From NCBI RefSeq assembly GCF_009834535.1, contig NC_045707.1:19406001-19470000 (forward strand): a stretch of 64,000 nt of DNA. Reading direction: 5' to 3'. Source of the stretch: Camelus ferus (taxonomy: Eukaryota). Below the pieces are notes generated by a model, which saw nothing but the letters and a program-made list of their open reading frames with translations, searched no databases and was not told the origin of the DNA. Made by a program: the position numbers and the translations under genes. Of this stretch, positions 1 to 11,974 are shown piece after piece (the first letter of the stretch is position 1; each line of letters begins with the position of its first letter).

Positions 1-844
1 CAAATAAACAAACATATACCTTGAAATTAAATATTCTATTACAAAAGCTTCTCTCCTGACATTGCAATGTAAACCTTACCATTTAATGAGAAGTCACAGA
101 ATGAGTGATATGAAAATGAATAAACTGGTTCAATTTACTGAGGGAAATCTTAGCTTCCTTTTAAAATAAATGCATTGTTATTATTCCTGTTATTCAGGAA
201 GGCAAACGGCTTTCATTGCTATTTTATGGATTATTCCAATAAGCTGACAAAATGTAGCTTCCATTAAGTGAATCCTTGTGTAAATAAGAGGCAAAATATA
301 AAAATATAATGTGGGATAGAGAGAGGGAGAGAATAATAAAATAATTTAGCTGGGAGAAATGTTGAAGAAAAGTTGTTTCATGGAAGATAACGTTTTATTT
401 TAGACATTTGTACAGTTTGGTGTCCTTAGCCTATGATGTAGATCCAACCTACCCAATGTCCACTCAGCCTCCTTTCTACCCTGGACTCGCTAATATCTGA
501 GGAAGTCATGGCAATAAATCCATTATCTGTGGCTTCAGAGGAGGAGCAGGAGGTTGGGAAAGTGAACATGAGAGTGGAAACTCAGAAACCTGTCACGTTG
601 TTAAAGATTTAACTCCAATGACTTTCAGATTTGGGAGACATACTCATTTAAGTGACTTTTCTCCTGACACATCTGGCTTTTCTAAATTACACTAGAGAAA
701 AATAATACAAGAATTTGGGTGATAAAAATTAGGAAATGAGATACTTATATTGGGATTGAGGAAGAAAAGACAAGGTGTTTCCCAATGGGAAGGGAAATTT
801 GGGTGGCATTTCTATTCCAGTATGTCTTAGGTTTCAGAAAAAAA

Positions 845-985
845 CTAGATTAAAATCCCTGCTCTTCCCATTTAGGTTCTGCGATTTGGATACGAGTTTT
901 AAAAATCGTTTTAGCCTGTTTACAATCTGTCAAATAGGGATTTTATAAAGAAATATTCTATGTGAAACAGACTCTGGCATATGGT
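845..985 (+). mobile_element. MIR fragment (paralogous copy at ~18637-18790, minus strand)
   Basis: AAATCCCTGCTCTTCCCATTTAGG...ATCTGTCAAATAGGGAT resembles the MIR core. Confidence 0.5.
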
Positions 986-1173
986 AAAAATCTTACTTTA
1001 AAACATGTCATCTAGTTTCATTAACTTGTTTAAAAATCTCCTAAATTAAATTAGCATGACATAATAGTTGACTTCCAGAGGCAAATTCCAATTCTATCTG
1101 TGGGTAATCCTCTTTTCTTTAAGTCTTCTCTTTGTGTTTCCTCTTGTAGTTGACACAAGAGAAGAGAAAACAA

Positions 1174-2113
1174 ATGAGGAACTACACAGTAATAAGAGAG
1201 TTCATCCTCCTGGGACTGTCCTGATGACCCACAGCTTCAGGCTGTCATCTTCATCTTTCTGCTCATCACCTACATGCTCAGCATCACTGGGAACCTGACC
1301 ATTATCACCCTGACCCTGCTGGACTCCCACCTCCAGACCCCCATGTATTTCTTCCTCAGAAACTTCTCCTTACTAGAGGTGTCATTCACAACTGTCACTA
1401 TACCCAGGTTCCTGAGCACCATTGTTACAGGAGATAAAACCATTTCCTTTGATGACTGTATGGCTCAGTTATTTTTTTTCATTCTCCTGGGAGTCACTGA
1501 ATTTTACCTATTGGCCGCCATGTCCTATGACCGCTATGTTGCCATCTGCAAACCTCTGCATTACTTGACCATCATGAACCAGAGAGTCTGCATACTGCTT
1601 GTCTTTGCTTCTTGGCTGGCTTCATTCTTAATTATATTCCCATCACTCATGCTATTTATACAGCTTGATTACTGTAAGACCAATGTCATTGACCATTTTA
1701 CTTGTGATTATTTTCCTTTATTACACCTTTCCTGTTCAGACACCAAATTCCTAGAGACAATGGGTTTTTCCTGTGCTGTGTTCACTCTAATGATCACTTT
1801 GGCACTGATATTCCTGTCCTACATATATATCATCAGCACAATTGTGCGGATTCCTTCTACCAGTCAGAGGACAAAGGCCTTTTCCACGTGTTCCTCCCAC
1901 ATGATTGTCATCTCCATCTCCTATGGCAGCTGCATCTTCATGTACATTAATCCATCAGCAAAGGATAGAGTGTCTTTGAGCAAGGGTGTGGCTGTGCTCA
2001 ACACCTCAGTAGCCCCCATGCTGAACCCCTTTATTTACAGCCTAAGGAATCAGCAAGTGAAACGAGCCTTCATGCACATGGCAAGGAAGATTGTATTTTT
2101 CTCAAGCAAATGA
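1174..2113 (+). pseudogene. OR6C1: OR6C1-like olfactory receptor pseudogene, +1 frameshift after codon 16
   Basis: ATG at 1174 reads [16 protein letters not shown] then TGA (1222-1224). The intact paralogue at 16588(-) has CTG TCC GAT GAC where this copy has CTG TCC TGA TGA. The rest of the receptor ([46 protein letters not shown]) continues in the +1 frame, which is the 279-aa ORF from 1274. Confidence 0.88.
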
Positions 2114-3639
2114 AAAAACAAATGTGCTGTTTCATAAATCAGAGGCATAATGAGAGCAATTAAATGAAAATCACGGCCTTTCAAAATCTGTTAATTTCCA
2201 CATAGCCTCCCATGAGTTATTTTTCATTGCGTATAATTTTATTGCCAGTGTGTTATCAAGAATATTTGTACATGTATATATTTTTCTTTTTTTCCTTTCA
2301 AATTCTTCATCTATATATATATTTATTCATTTTCCTTTTAAATTCTCTTCCTTCTCTCATGCACTTCCCTTCCTTTGGGCTGGTCTTTCCACTCAGTAAC
2401 TATGAGACTAAACTCAGTGCATTTTTGAAATCTTTTTTAATTCCAATTTTTCAGAATAATTTTTAGAAAATGAAAGAAAGACAGAAAGAGTTGCGGCAAG
2501 AGCACACAAGAGAGAACTGCGTCTTATGGTTCACCAGGACACACCCTTTCTAGAAATTGAGGAAATATTAAATCACGTTTAACATTATTTTTAATTTAGT
2601 ACCCAATGACCATGAACAAAGTCTGACAGTCTTCCTAGAATGTAACACATACTATCCCCGCCACATTGTGGACCGCTTAGTAAGTATGTGAAAAACAGGA
2701 CAACTGAAAGAATAACGTAATTATATTTTTTTGAGAAATCAAAAAACATTGCTCACTACTAAGTTTAAATTTTCTGTGCCGTATAATTTATCAATTCGAA
2801 AAACAATTATGACTTCATAATTGCTTAAGGAAAACTATGAAATAGCCCCTCCATTTTGGAACTCCATAATTCATTTATATACCATAAAAATTCTTAATAA
2901 AATCCTGAAGAAATAAATATTAATGGATACCAAGTATGACTATGTTTGCTGTGGCTCTGTGGTATATTTAAATAAATGATTAATGTTAAACTGGTTTTTT
3001 AATAATCAATAGCTAAGAGTTTTATAACTTTCTCATGTTTGTGGCTCTTTTGCTATAATGGCTTACACATACAATTTATTTAATTGCCTGCTTAAATGAC
3101 ACACCTAATTAATAGAAAGGAAGGCGCAGACAATGGCAAAGTTGTACTGTATTTAAAACTGAGTTTTTTTGTTAAAAAGCTTATGTTCTGTCTATTTGAA
3201 GCATCGCATTGGACAATTTACTGATTAGAAATTATATGACAATCATTACAAAATCATGCAGTTCTGGACCTGAACTTTTTTTTTTCTGTTTTCCATGAAG
3301 TCAGAAGCTGAAATAATAATGATGGTTACTTAAAATCATCCTAAATTTTTTTAACCATTTTTCTTCAAAACAAAGGCTGTAATTGTAACTCATTGAGCCA
3401 AATTCTTATTGATATTAATATACTATACACAATTCAGAGACCTACATCTATGATTTGCAAAAAAATAAAACAAAACAACTTATAGAAAAAGTACTGTGGA
3501 GACTTCCAGTTTGTAGGCAGGTCATGGAATTACTATTTCCTTCCTTCATACTGAAACTATAGTTCCTAAACTAACTGGAAACATTCAAAAATAATGAAGT
3601 TTAGACTTGATTGAAGATTGTAGGTTCTTAAGTACTCAA

Positions 3640-5210
3640 TAAAAATATACCATAAAATGCAGACGAGTATAGATCTGAGAATTAAAAGAACTGTAAAACT
3701 ATTACAAAAGATACGAAGGAGTTTATGCTGGTATTTTCAGATGATACAGCCCTCTGTATAACTCTATACAAACTCATTAGTGGTTATTACACGTTTTGAA
3801 TCTGTATCAGGATTTTGATTGTCAATACTAGAGGTCAACAAACTTTTTCTGTAAAGGGCAATATATTCATAATTTAGATTTTGCAGGTCATAGTGTCTCC
3901 CATGCAGCTCTCCCCCTCTGTAGTATCTCTGTAGCTATAAAAAAATTGTAAATGAATGAGATTAAGTATTTTCTGATAAACTGTTGAACAAAAATAGGTG
4001 GTGGGACAAATTTGGCCCATGGACCATAGTTTGTCCACCCTTGTCTTAGACTTTTCTGTGAACACTGGTCCACATATTATCTCATTTAATATAATTTGAC
4101 TAAAATGCGAAAATTCAATAATAGATGTAAGATGTTAACATTTTTAACTCCAATTTTTATTTTTTACTTTGAACTTGAATGAAAGCAATCTTACAAAACA
4201 TGTCCAGAGGAAAAAAAGAGGTAAATGTTTCTAAATCATTTTTGGATGTTTGTATAATTCTTAATGTCAAATGATAATATGAGAAATGAAAAAATCACCA
4301 GCAATTTGATTCATAAATTCGAAGATAAAATAGTAAAAGAAATTAGCAAAACTCCTATGTCATGTTGAGAACAATTTTATCCCAAAGGTAATTTATCTCT
4401 AAAAAGTCTATTTGTGGTATTTACCACATTAAAAGAGTAAAGATGGGGAAAAAAAGGTTAAAGAGAGAAAATCACACATTCTGTTAAAATCAAATGCTCA
4501 TTTATCATTTTAAAAAAATCTCTTAGTAAAATAGAACAAAACATTGTTTGAGTAGCATAAAGACCTGACTAGATCATCACAATCAGGTATGCTATATGCT
4601 CCTTAATTGGCTCTAATTTGAACAAGTCAACTATAAAATGGTATTTTGGGAAAATTGGGGACATAAGAGTTTGAGCAAAGTGATAAATAATATCAAAGAT
4701 TTTTTGTTAATTTTGCTAGCTTGAAAATTGCATTGTGGTTAAGCAAGAATACAAACATGTATTTTAGGAATTCATTCTGAAAATACACAGGAGTGAAAAG
4801 GTATGATGTTTAGGTGTTGCTTTGAAATACACCAACAAAAGAAAAATAAACTTTTAAAAAGACAGCTAAAATAATTTTTTAAACTTCATATTGTTTGAAT
4901 CTGCTTGATCTGTATGAGAAATTCATTTCTCCACTTTCCTATCTTAGTGTATATTTGAAAATATTCATAATAAAAATTACAGCAAGGATCATGCTTAATT
5001 TTTTAATCAGTAGCAACAGCCTTGGTAAAATCAGCTACAAATGAGAATGACCACTGTCTCTGCTTTTATTCAGTGCTCTGCTGTAGGTTCTATCCAGGGC
5101 ACTAGCACAAGAAAACAATATATTCAAAAGTATTGGAAAGGGGGAAACAACAACAAAAAAAGCCTTCTCTGCAAGTAACATGATTTTTCTCCCAGGGCCT
5201 TAGTATATTT
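3640..5210 (+). mobile_element. Old L1 (L1ME-like) ORF2 and 3' fragments, mirrored in arm B at ~12560-14110
   Basis: Degenerate ORF2-like and 3'UTR-like A-rich sequence with no open frame. Confidence 0.55.
3829..4043 (-). mobile_element. MER58A-like hAT-Charlie MITE (arm A copy)
   Basis: Degenerate terminal inverted repeats; reverse complement of the 13714 copy. Confidence 0.8.
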
Positions 5211-5270
5211 ACATTAAATGTTTCTTTTACCAGCAAATCTCCTCTCCCAGATATCTGCATGGTTAACACC

Positions 5271-5790
5271 CTCCCCTTCGTCAGGTCTCTGTCTAAACGT
5301 CACTTCCATAATGCCCACCCACTATTGAAAATCATACCAGCTCTCCACTTCCAAGGCTCTTCAGTTTCTTCTCCTTCACAAAATACTTATTAATGTATAA
5401 AATACCATATAATTCACTAGTCAATGATGTTCATGCCTATTGTCTATAACCTCTCACAGCCCTTACCCCATGGAAGCAGGAATCTTTGTCTCCTGCACAA
5501 AGTGATGCACTCCCAGCAGTGGTGTGCTGGAGCCCACCCAGAACACTTCCCAGTAGTCAGTTGTGCATGTCTCTCCTCAATTCTGAGGTCAGTAAGGGCA
5601 CACTGGGAGCTGGAAGCCTGCCATGGTGGGGAAGACTTTAATCATAGAAATTGACAAACTCAGCCCCTCTACTCCACCCTCCTGAGAGGCAGTTAGTTGT
5701 TCAACATTTACCAGAAGCCACTAATTCTCCTCATGTAGAACATGCATCTGCCACGTAGTGGGTACTCAATAAATATTTTTGAATAAACAA
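5271..5790 (+). mobile_element. L2 3' terminal fragment, split by MER63A
   Basis: CCATGGAAGCAGGAATCTTTGTC...GTAGTGGGTACTCAATAAATATTTTTGAATAAA resembles the L2 tail. Confidence 0.65.
5517..5723 (+). mobile_element. MER63A-like hAT-Blackjack MITE inserted in an L2 3' end
   Basis: CAGTGGTGTGCTGGAGCC...GTTGTTCAACATTTACCAGAAGCCACT termini. The arm B copy (~12335-12498) lacks the 5' end. Confidence 0.75.
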
Positions 5791-6749
5791 ATATTTTGAA
5801 ATAATTTAGAATGTTTCCAATGTCACATCAATCAGAAGCATTAACTAAATATTTTATCCAGAATAAACACATAAAATTTATAGGACAATGTAGATAACAT
5901 TGATTTAACTTTTTAAATAATGTTCAAATACAACGTTTCATCATAGCTGGATAATTTTGTATAACAAAGAAGTGATTATTTACATCTTTTCTATGGTATT
6001 TGGGGTTCATTTTTCTTCTTTTGTTTTACATTAGGCCATTTGACAATTTTTTTATTTATACTCATTTTTTGAAGTCAGTAATAATTCTTATTATGGTTTG
6101 CATTTTGAGCTAAGCTTTCTAATGGCAGGAATTTCTAAAGGATCTGAATGAACATTTATTTGTTTCCTAAAGAATTATTTTAACTATCTGGGTTATGCCC
6201 AGAGTCGTATGTGATCCAACATCATCTATGAGTTAAATACACTTCTGAAATTACAGATTCAGTTGATAGAATAATAACACAATTAAGTGATAGTATTCAG
6301 TAAGTGGCAAGCCAATCAGACATCATGCTGAGGGGCTTACCTATGAAGGATAATATCACTGGAATTAATTAGAAACATACATTGGGATTATTCAGTAATA
6401 TTCTGCCAATTCAGGTTTAAAGTTTTAAAATATTCTTATCTTTAACACTTTGATGTACTAAATGTTATTTTGGGATTCTAAACATGTTAAAGCAAAATAT
6501 ACTTGTAATTGAATTCTTCCTCCACTCTCTAAGGAGAGTAAAAGCTGGTAGCTGAACTATGTATGTTTCGTTAGCCTAAAACATAATCACTCATCAACCT
6601 CAGAATACTCGAAATAATTGGACACATTATTAAAAAGCAGCTGTCCTATTAGCTTGTGGATAGGAGTGTAATAGAGATAAATCAGTCTAAATTAAAAGTC
6701 AATTAATATGAGGCCTAGAGAAAAGCTAGAGAGCTATTAGGATCCAGGA

Positions 6750-6868
6750 ATAGGAAGGAAGGAAGGGATGGGAGGGAAGAAAGGAAGAAAGAAAGAAAAA
6801 GAAAGGAAGAAGGAAGGAAGGATAGAAGGAAGGAAGGGAGGGAGGGAGGGAAAAGAAAGAAAAGAGAC
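6750..6868 (+). repeat. Purine-rich compound microsatellite (GGAA/GAAA/GGGA)n
   Basis: Seen directly. Confidence 0.95.
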
Positions 6869-7019
6869 AATTCAGCACCTGGGAGGCTAAGAAAAAATAT
6901 AATGGAGAAGAAACTAAGGATTTTTCAAATGAAATGCAGAGCTTTGTAAGATAGAAATCAACTCCCTTTTTCTCTAAAATCAATAAAAACCACATTGCTC
7001 ACAAATACACATGTGCTGG

Positions 7020-7160
7020 AGATTAAATACTTAACTTCTTTCTGCTTCAAAGTCTTTATCTGAATAGTAATAATACTCACCTCATACAGGTTTTTTGGTT
7101 GCTGTTTGTTTAGAAAAATGAGATAAATGATATATAGTCAGTATCTGGTAATCAATAAAA
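7020..7160 (+). mobile_element. MIR fragment
   Basis: ATCTGAATAGTAATAATACTCACCTCATACAGG resembles the MIR core. Confidence 0.45.
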
Positions 7161-7939
7161 TCTCAAACACTGATGGCTACATGTATTATTGTTACAGAGT
7201 TTAAGAAACAAAATATGAAAAGAATCACTATTTGAATATAAAAATAAAGGCAAAGGATAAGAATTTTCATCAGTAGGAAATCAGTTTCAGTGAAATGTGT
7301 TGAATAAATATTTTCAATCTGTATTTTAACATGTATCAATTTGTAAAACAAATTCAGCCCACCTCAATGTCTATCTATGTATTGCCCTGTGTGTTAATTA
7401 GTTTTTTATTCATCCTTTCCTACTGTTTTTTTCTGTCCTACTTTCAAATACTTTCATCTTTCAATCCTATAAATAATCTGCACTCCTAGCAATGAAGGCA
7501 TACGTGCTTTACATTCATATTTATAACTGTGAAGAAAATAAATTGTAAAATGTTAAATTTATATTACATATATGTGTTTATATAGTATATGTGATGTGTA
7601 TTGTATTCTTTTAGTAATAAAATTTCCATCTCTCATAGAAGCAAATGTGGAAATCAAGTTAAAAATATCCAATATCCAATGCCAGACTTCCAAATATTTA
7701 TATTCTTGGTTCATAAATATTCCCATAAAGAGATGTCATACGTACAAATAGAAACTGAGGATGAGTCCAGCATTTATGGGAGAAAAATAGGGACTTGTTA
7801 TACAATCATAGAAAAGTCAGATTCTAAATCGAACTTTCACACACTCAGCATCACAGGTTGTTTATGAATTTGCCTCATTTACCTCAATCATTTTGCTTTT
7901 TTTATATTTTCTTAACCATATTTATAAAATGATTTATCT

Positions 7940-7995
7940 GTGTCTTTTAATGATGCCTCACTTGGCACTCTGTTTACTTAATGAATTCCCCTGAG
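7940..7995 (+). promoter_or_regulatory. Candidate OR promoter: two homeodomain (Lhx2-type) sites next to an O/E (Ebf) site
   Basis: CTTTTAATGA (7944-7953), CTTAATGA (7977-7984) and TCCCCTGAG (7987-7995, fits TCCCNNGRG), 1.7 kb upstream of the 9701 ATG. Confidence 0.5.
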
Positions 7996-8580
7996 CGAGC
8001 AAGAAAAACACAGATAAAAGAAGGCCAGTTCCATATGTATGACATACACAGAGAACATTCCTATTTTCTATTTTTTGAAGAAGCATTTAGGGAAAAATAT
8101 AATAGTTTTTGAAGCCTAAGGAAAATATTACTTATATTTTATACCTGTATAACCACAGAATTGCAAAAGCTCACTTAAAATATTTATATTAATACAAAGA
8201 AACATGTCTTAATAAATAGTGTTTTGTGTTATATGAAAAGGGTCAAATGTAAGAGTACTATACTAGTTCACTCAGGTATTAATGAATTTGTACATGGAGC
8301 TTCAGTAGGAGACAAAAAGCAAGTATGAATTCTATTATAAGAAAATATGCCCCAAAATTTGCAATAACAGGAATGAAGGATATTGTGGGTCAATTATCAG
8401 TCTAATAATGAGAACTATAATCCTAGAGAGCTATGACAAAGTTAACCACCACACTTGCTTTGAGAGTATGACAGAAATCAAAAACATCGCTAACTCAATT
8501 TACCAGCCCTGAAATTATATAAATATGGAAACAAATCAGATAATAAAATTTGAGACTGAATCATCAAGAAGAACCAGGAC

Positions 8581-9654
8581 GTAAGTAAACTTGTTATTAT
8601 TATTGTTATTATTATTCAGTATAATATACATTATTCTATCTCATTTAAATGTTTAAAGTATTATTCACATATGTGTTTGTGAACTTTCAACTCTTTTCAT
8701 ATTAAAAATTAAATGCTTGTTTCCTCCCAAGAAGACTATTAATGGAGTCCTAAAGAGGCAGCACAGCAATAAGTCTTGGGTTGGTCATTAATTTTTTTCT
8801 AAGTTAAATGGCATGCTCTTACAGAAATAGGATTATAAAAAAGACATTCTCCATTGGAAAAATATGTGCTTCCCAGTAAATGTTATTTGGACCATTTACT
8901 TGTTCATTTGCTAAAGTAATGTTGTTTTTTAAAAAAAAAAAAACTGCATTATGCATTGTATGAATTAAGTTGTTTCTAGGCAACTATTTATTTTAGTATT
9001 AGAAGCTGCCCTTTCTTGTCTTTTGGCCTTTTTATCAGAAAAGGAAAAAAATTTTGATGTCAATCAAAGCCTTAAGAAAGAAATTTAGGAAAGAATGCCA
9101 GCAAAACATTCCCATGGATAAGTACATAAGTTCTAAAGTGAGATGATTACTATGTTGACTTGTTTAAACTTGTGAAAGTATCCTAAACTATGTGGGCCTC
9201 AGTTTCTCAAAATGTAAAGTGTGGAGGGAGGACTGCACAACTTCCTGTAAACTTTCGAATTCTATATTTAGGTTATCTGCAATCCATATTGGTTTTCATA
9301 ATACTGAGGAAAGAAAAAGAATCAATGAGAATATTTTTGTATTTTTTTACAAAAGAAGCTAAATATTTTAAAGAATAATTTCAAGCTTAATTTTAAAGAA
9401 ACGTTAGAAGAAATAGTTTCTGCTTAAATGTTATCATAAGTTTTTATTTTATCCACAGCCTGTGATAATGTATTTACAAAGGTGAGAGATCAATAGTTAA
9501 CTTCATTACTCAAATGAAAGGTCGAATGGAAATTGGAAAGAGTTATTGAAGGGGACCCACATTTTTAAATTGCATAGATTATTCATTATCATTGATACTT
9601 TAAAAATTTTATATTCTATCCTCAGACTTATTTTAACTTTTTTATGTTCTATAG
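8581..9654 (+). other. Putative 5'UTR intron of the 9701 OR
   Basis: Donor GAC|GTAAGT at 8581 and pyrimidine-rich acceptor ...ttctatAG at 9653-9654. The pairing is inferred. Confidence 0.45.
9150..9270 (+). mobile_element. MIR fragment
   Basis: GGGCCTCAGTTTCTCAAAATGTAAAGTG matches the MIR core. Confidence 0.55.
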
Positions 9655-9700
9655 GGGGAAGGTAAATTTTCTGTTCTAAAGTAGGGGAGAAGGATCAGCA

Positions 9701-10639
9701 ATGAAAAATCACACAGTACCCACAGAATTCATTCTTCTAGGACTAGCCAATGACCCAGAGCTTCAGATTGTGATTTTTCTCTTTTTAATCATCACATATA
9801 TATTAAGCGTCACTGGAAATTTGACCATCATCGCTCTCACCTTGGTGGACTCCCATCTACAGACCCCTATGTATTTCTTTCTCAGGAACTTCTCTGTATT
9901 AGAAATTTCATTTACCACTGTCTGTATCCCTAGATTTCTGGGCACAATTATCACCAGGGACAAAACTATTTCATACAACAATTGTACCACTCAGTTGTTT
10001 TTCTTTATCTTCATGGGTATAACTGAATTTTATCTTCTAACTGCCATGTCCTATGATCGTTACGTGGCTATCTGCAAACCCCTGCATTACACAACCATCA
10101 TGAATAAAAGAGTCTGCATATTGCTTGTCTTTTTTGCTTGGCTGGCAGGATTCCTAAATATTTTCCCTCCAGTTATTCTTTTTCTCCAGTTAGATTACTG
10201 TGGCTCCAATATTATTGATCACTTTGCTTGTGACTATTTCCCCCTCTTGCAATTGTCCTGCTCAGACACGTGGCTCCTAGAAGTGATTGGTTTTTACTCT
10301 GCAATCGTGATTCTGCTTTTCACTTTGGCCTTAATAATTCTATCCTACATGTTCATCATTAAGACAATTCTGAAACTGCCTTCTGCTAGTCAGAGAAAAA
10401 AGGCATTTTCTACATGCTCCTCTCACATGATCGTCATTTCCATCTCTTATGGAAGCTGCATCTTCATGTATGCCAACCCTTCAGCAAAAGAAAAGGCATC
10501 CTTGACAAAAGGAGTAGCTATTTTGAATACTTCTGTTGCTCCTATGATGAATCCATTTATATATACCCTGAGGAACCAGCAAGTGAAGCAAGCATTTAAG
10601 GATACCATCCAAAAGGTCATGTTTTATTCTAGTAAATGA
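9701..10639 (+). CDS. Olfactory receptor, OR6C subfamily, OR6C3-like paralogue (312 aa)
   Basis: Intact single-exon ORF with N-glycosylation site [42 protein letters not shown] and [12 protein letters not shown]. Its closest relative in the window is the 29024 gene (shared [22 protein letters not shown] and [11 protein letters not shown]). Confidence 0.95.
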   Translation: MKNHTVPTEFILLGLANDPELQIVIFLFLIITYILSVTGNLTIIALTLVDSHLQTPMYFFLRNFSVLEISFTTVCIPRFLGTIITRDKTISYNNCTTQLFFFIFMGITEFYLLTAMSYDRYVAICKPLHYTTIMNKRVCILLVFFAWLAGFLNIFPPVILFLQLDYCGSNIIDHFACDYFPLLQLSCSDTWLLEVIGFYSAIVILLFTLALIILSYMFIIKTILKLPSASQRKKAFSTCSSHMIVISISYGSCIFMYANPSAKEKASLTKGVAILNTSVAPMMNPFIYTLRNQQVKQAFKDTIQKVMFYSSK

Positions 10640-11870
10640 AAGTATTTGTAGCATTAAAAGAATAAAATTTTGTCAATGCATTCTATTATTCACACTCTCT
10701 CCAAACTCTCTTTCCTTCACTATTTACATTATATATATTTGGTTATGTATTTTTTCCCTCTTGTTTATTCCCATATAAAATCTCCCCCATTATGAACCCA
10801 ATAAATTTGACAAAGCTAAATATTGCCTCAGAACTTTTCTGTAAATTGTATTATTTAAATGCATTTGGATGAAGTGAAAAGCACAGGTTAATGTTACAGT
10901 TTTGAGTAGAAGTGGTTTGCTTTTGAGGAGACATAGGCCATTTAGTTTGATGGAAAGAGTGTTAGAATAGAATAGAAGTGGATCTTTGAACTTTTCATTC
11001 ATACTAGGTAATACAAAGGAAAGTTACTAGGAATTTTTTATTCTATTTGGCAATTCCATGAAATCAAATAACCACGATCACCAGAGGGTTTGAAATAAAA
11101 TATAAGTAGCTACTCAAACATTTTTAAAAGATCAGAAACTCATATATATTCAAGTTCTTTATGCTATTAATAGTATCTATGATAATAATGAGAAGGAGGA
11201 GAAGGAAGAGGTAGAGGGGTAGAAGATAACATTTTTTCAGCAATTACCATATTCCAGATCTATTCTAACTGTTTTCTGCATGTTGGCTCATTGAATTCTG
11301 CCAACAACTTTATGAGGTACCTATAATTGTTATTCTCTTTCAGTGAGAGGTGTTTTTCTTTAGGTAGATCTAACATCTCAAAAAATTAAAAACAGAGAAC
11401 AGATAATGTAAAATAATGTCAAGTAAAATGGATGAAAAATGGTGAGAGTTCAGCTTTCTGGAGAAACAAGTTTTAATCTGAGAGTCTAGAAATGCCTTTA
11501 GGGTTTTGGGAAGCAGAGAAAAACAGCATCTGTTGATACTATTCTGAACAGTATTAGATACGTCATATGCAATATTCATTTTGCAAAACCTCTTAGAGAG
11601 TGAGTGTTACAGTTCCTACTACACAGGTGTATAGAATGAAACTGAGGTTGAGAGTTCAATGTCACAGAGATATACCTTTCTGAACTGAAATTTAAATCTA
11701 CTTTTTTTTTTTAACATCAAAATCAAGACTAGTAGGGGTACTGTCACTTGAACAATGACTTTCATTTGTAACAATTTATGAATAGAAATTTATGTTAAAT
11801 ATTAGAACTGTTAAAGGGTTTTCTCATTCTGGCTTTACTATGATCAAATAAAATATGCCTCAAAAAACAG

Positions 11871-11974
11871 GGAGGGGAGGGTATAGCTCAGTGGTAGATT
11901 GTGTGCTTAGCATGCACAAGGTACTAGGTCCTATCCCTACCTTCATTAATAAATAAACAAACAAACAAATAAAT
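11871..11974 (+). mobile_element. tRNA-derived SINE resembling camelid Vic-1
   Basis: GGGGAGGGTATAGCTCAGTGGTAG (A box), degenerate B box, (AAAT/AAAC)n tail, and 8-bp TSD AAAAACAG (11863-11870 and 11975-11982). Confidence 0.8.

Larger units (their letters stand above)
1..6050 (+). repeat. Arm A of a large inverted segmental duplication (probably continues off the left edge)
   Basis: Reverse-complement matches to arm B read by eye: 1-120 to ~19540-19640; 985-2800 to 16781-14960; 3530-3740 to 14235-14030; 4520-5270 to 13240-12499; 5550-6050 to 12495-11985. Confidence 0.92.

Noticed and set aside
779-792. Palindrome TTCCCAATGGGAA retained in both arms as an Ebf site
   Set aside because: The spacer is 3 nt rather than the 2 nt of the canonical O/E site.
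2212-2466. Near-identical 84-aa and 79-aa ORFs at 2212(+) and 15297(-)
   Set aside because: Low-complexity F/L/I-rich translation of AT-rich 3' flank. The identity reflects the converted duplication, not coding constraint.
9655-9682. Apparent 7-nt micro-exon (AG-GGGGAAG-GTAAAT...AAAG) before the 9701 ATG
   Set aside because: The implied second intron would be about 20 nt, too short to splice; more likely tandem acceptors.
11880-11940. tRNA gene
   Set aside because: A and B boxes are present, but the A-rich tail, TSD and lack of a cloverleaf show it is a SINE.
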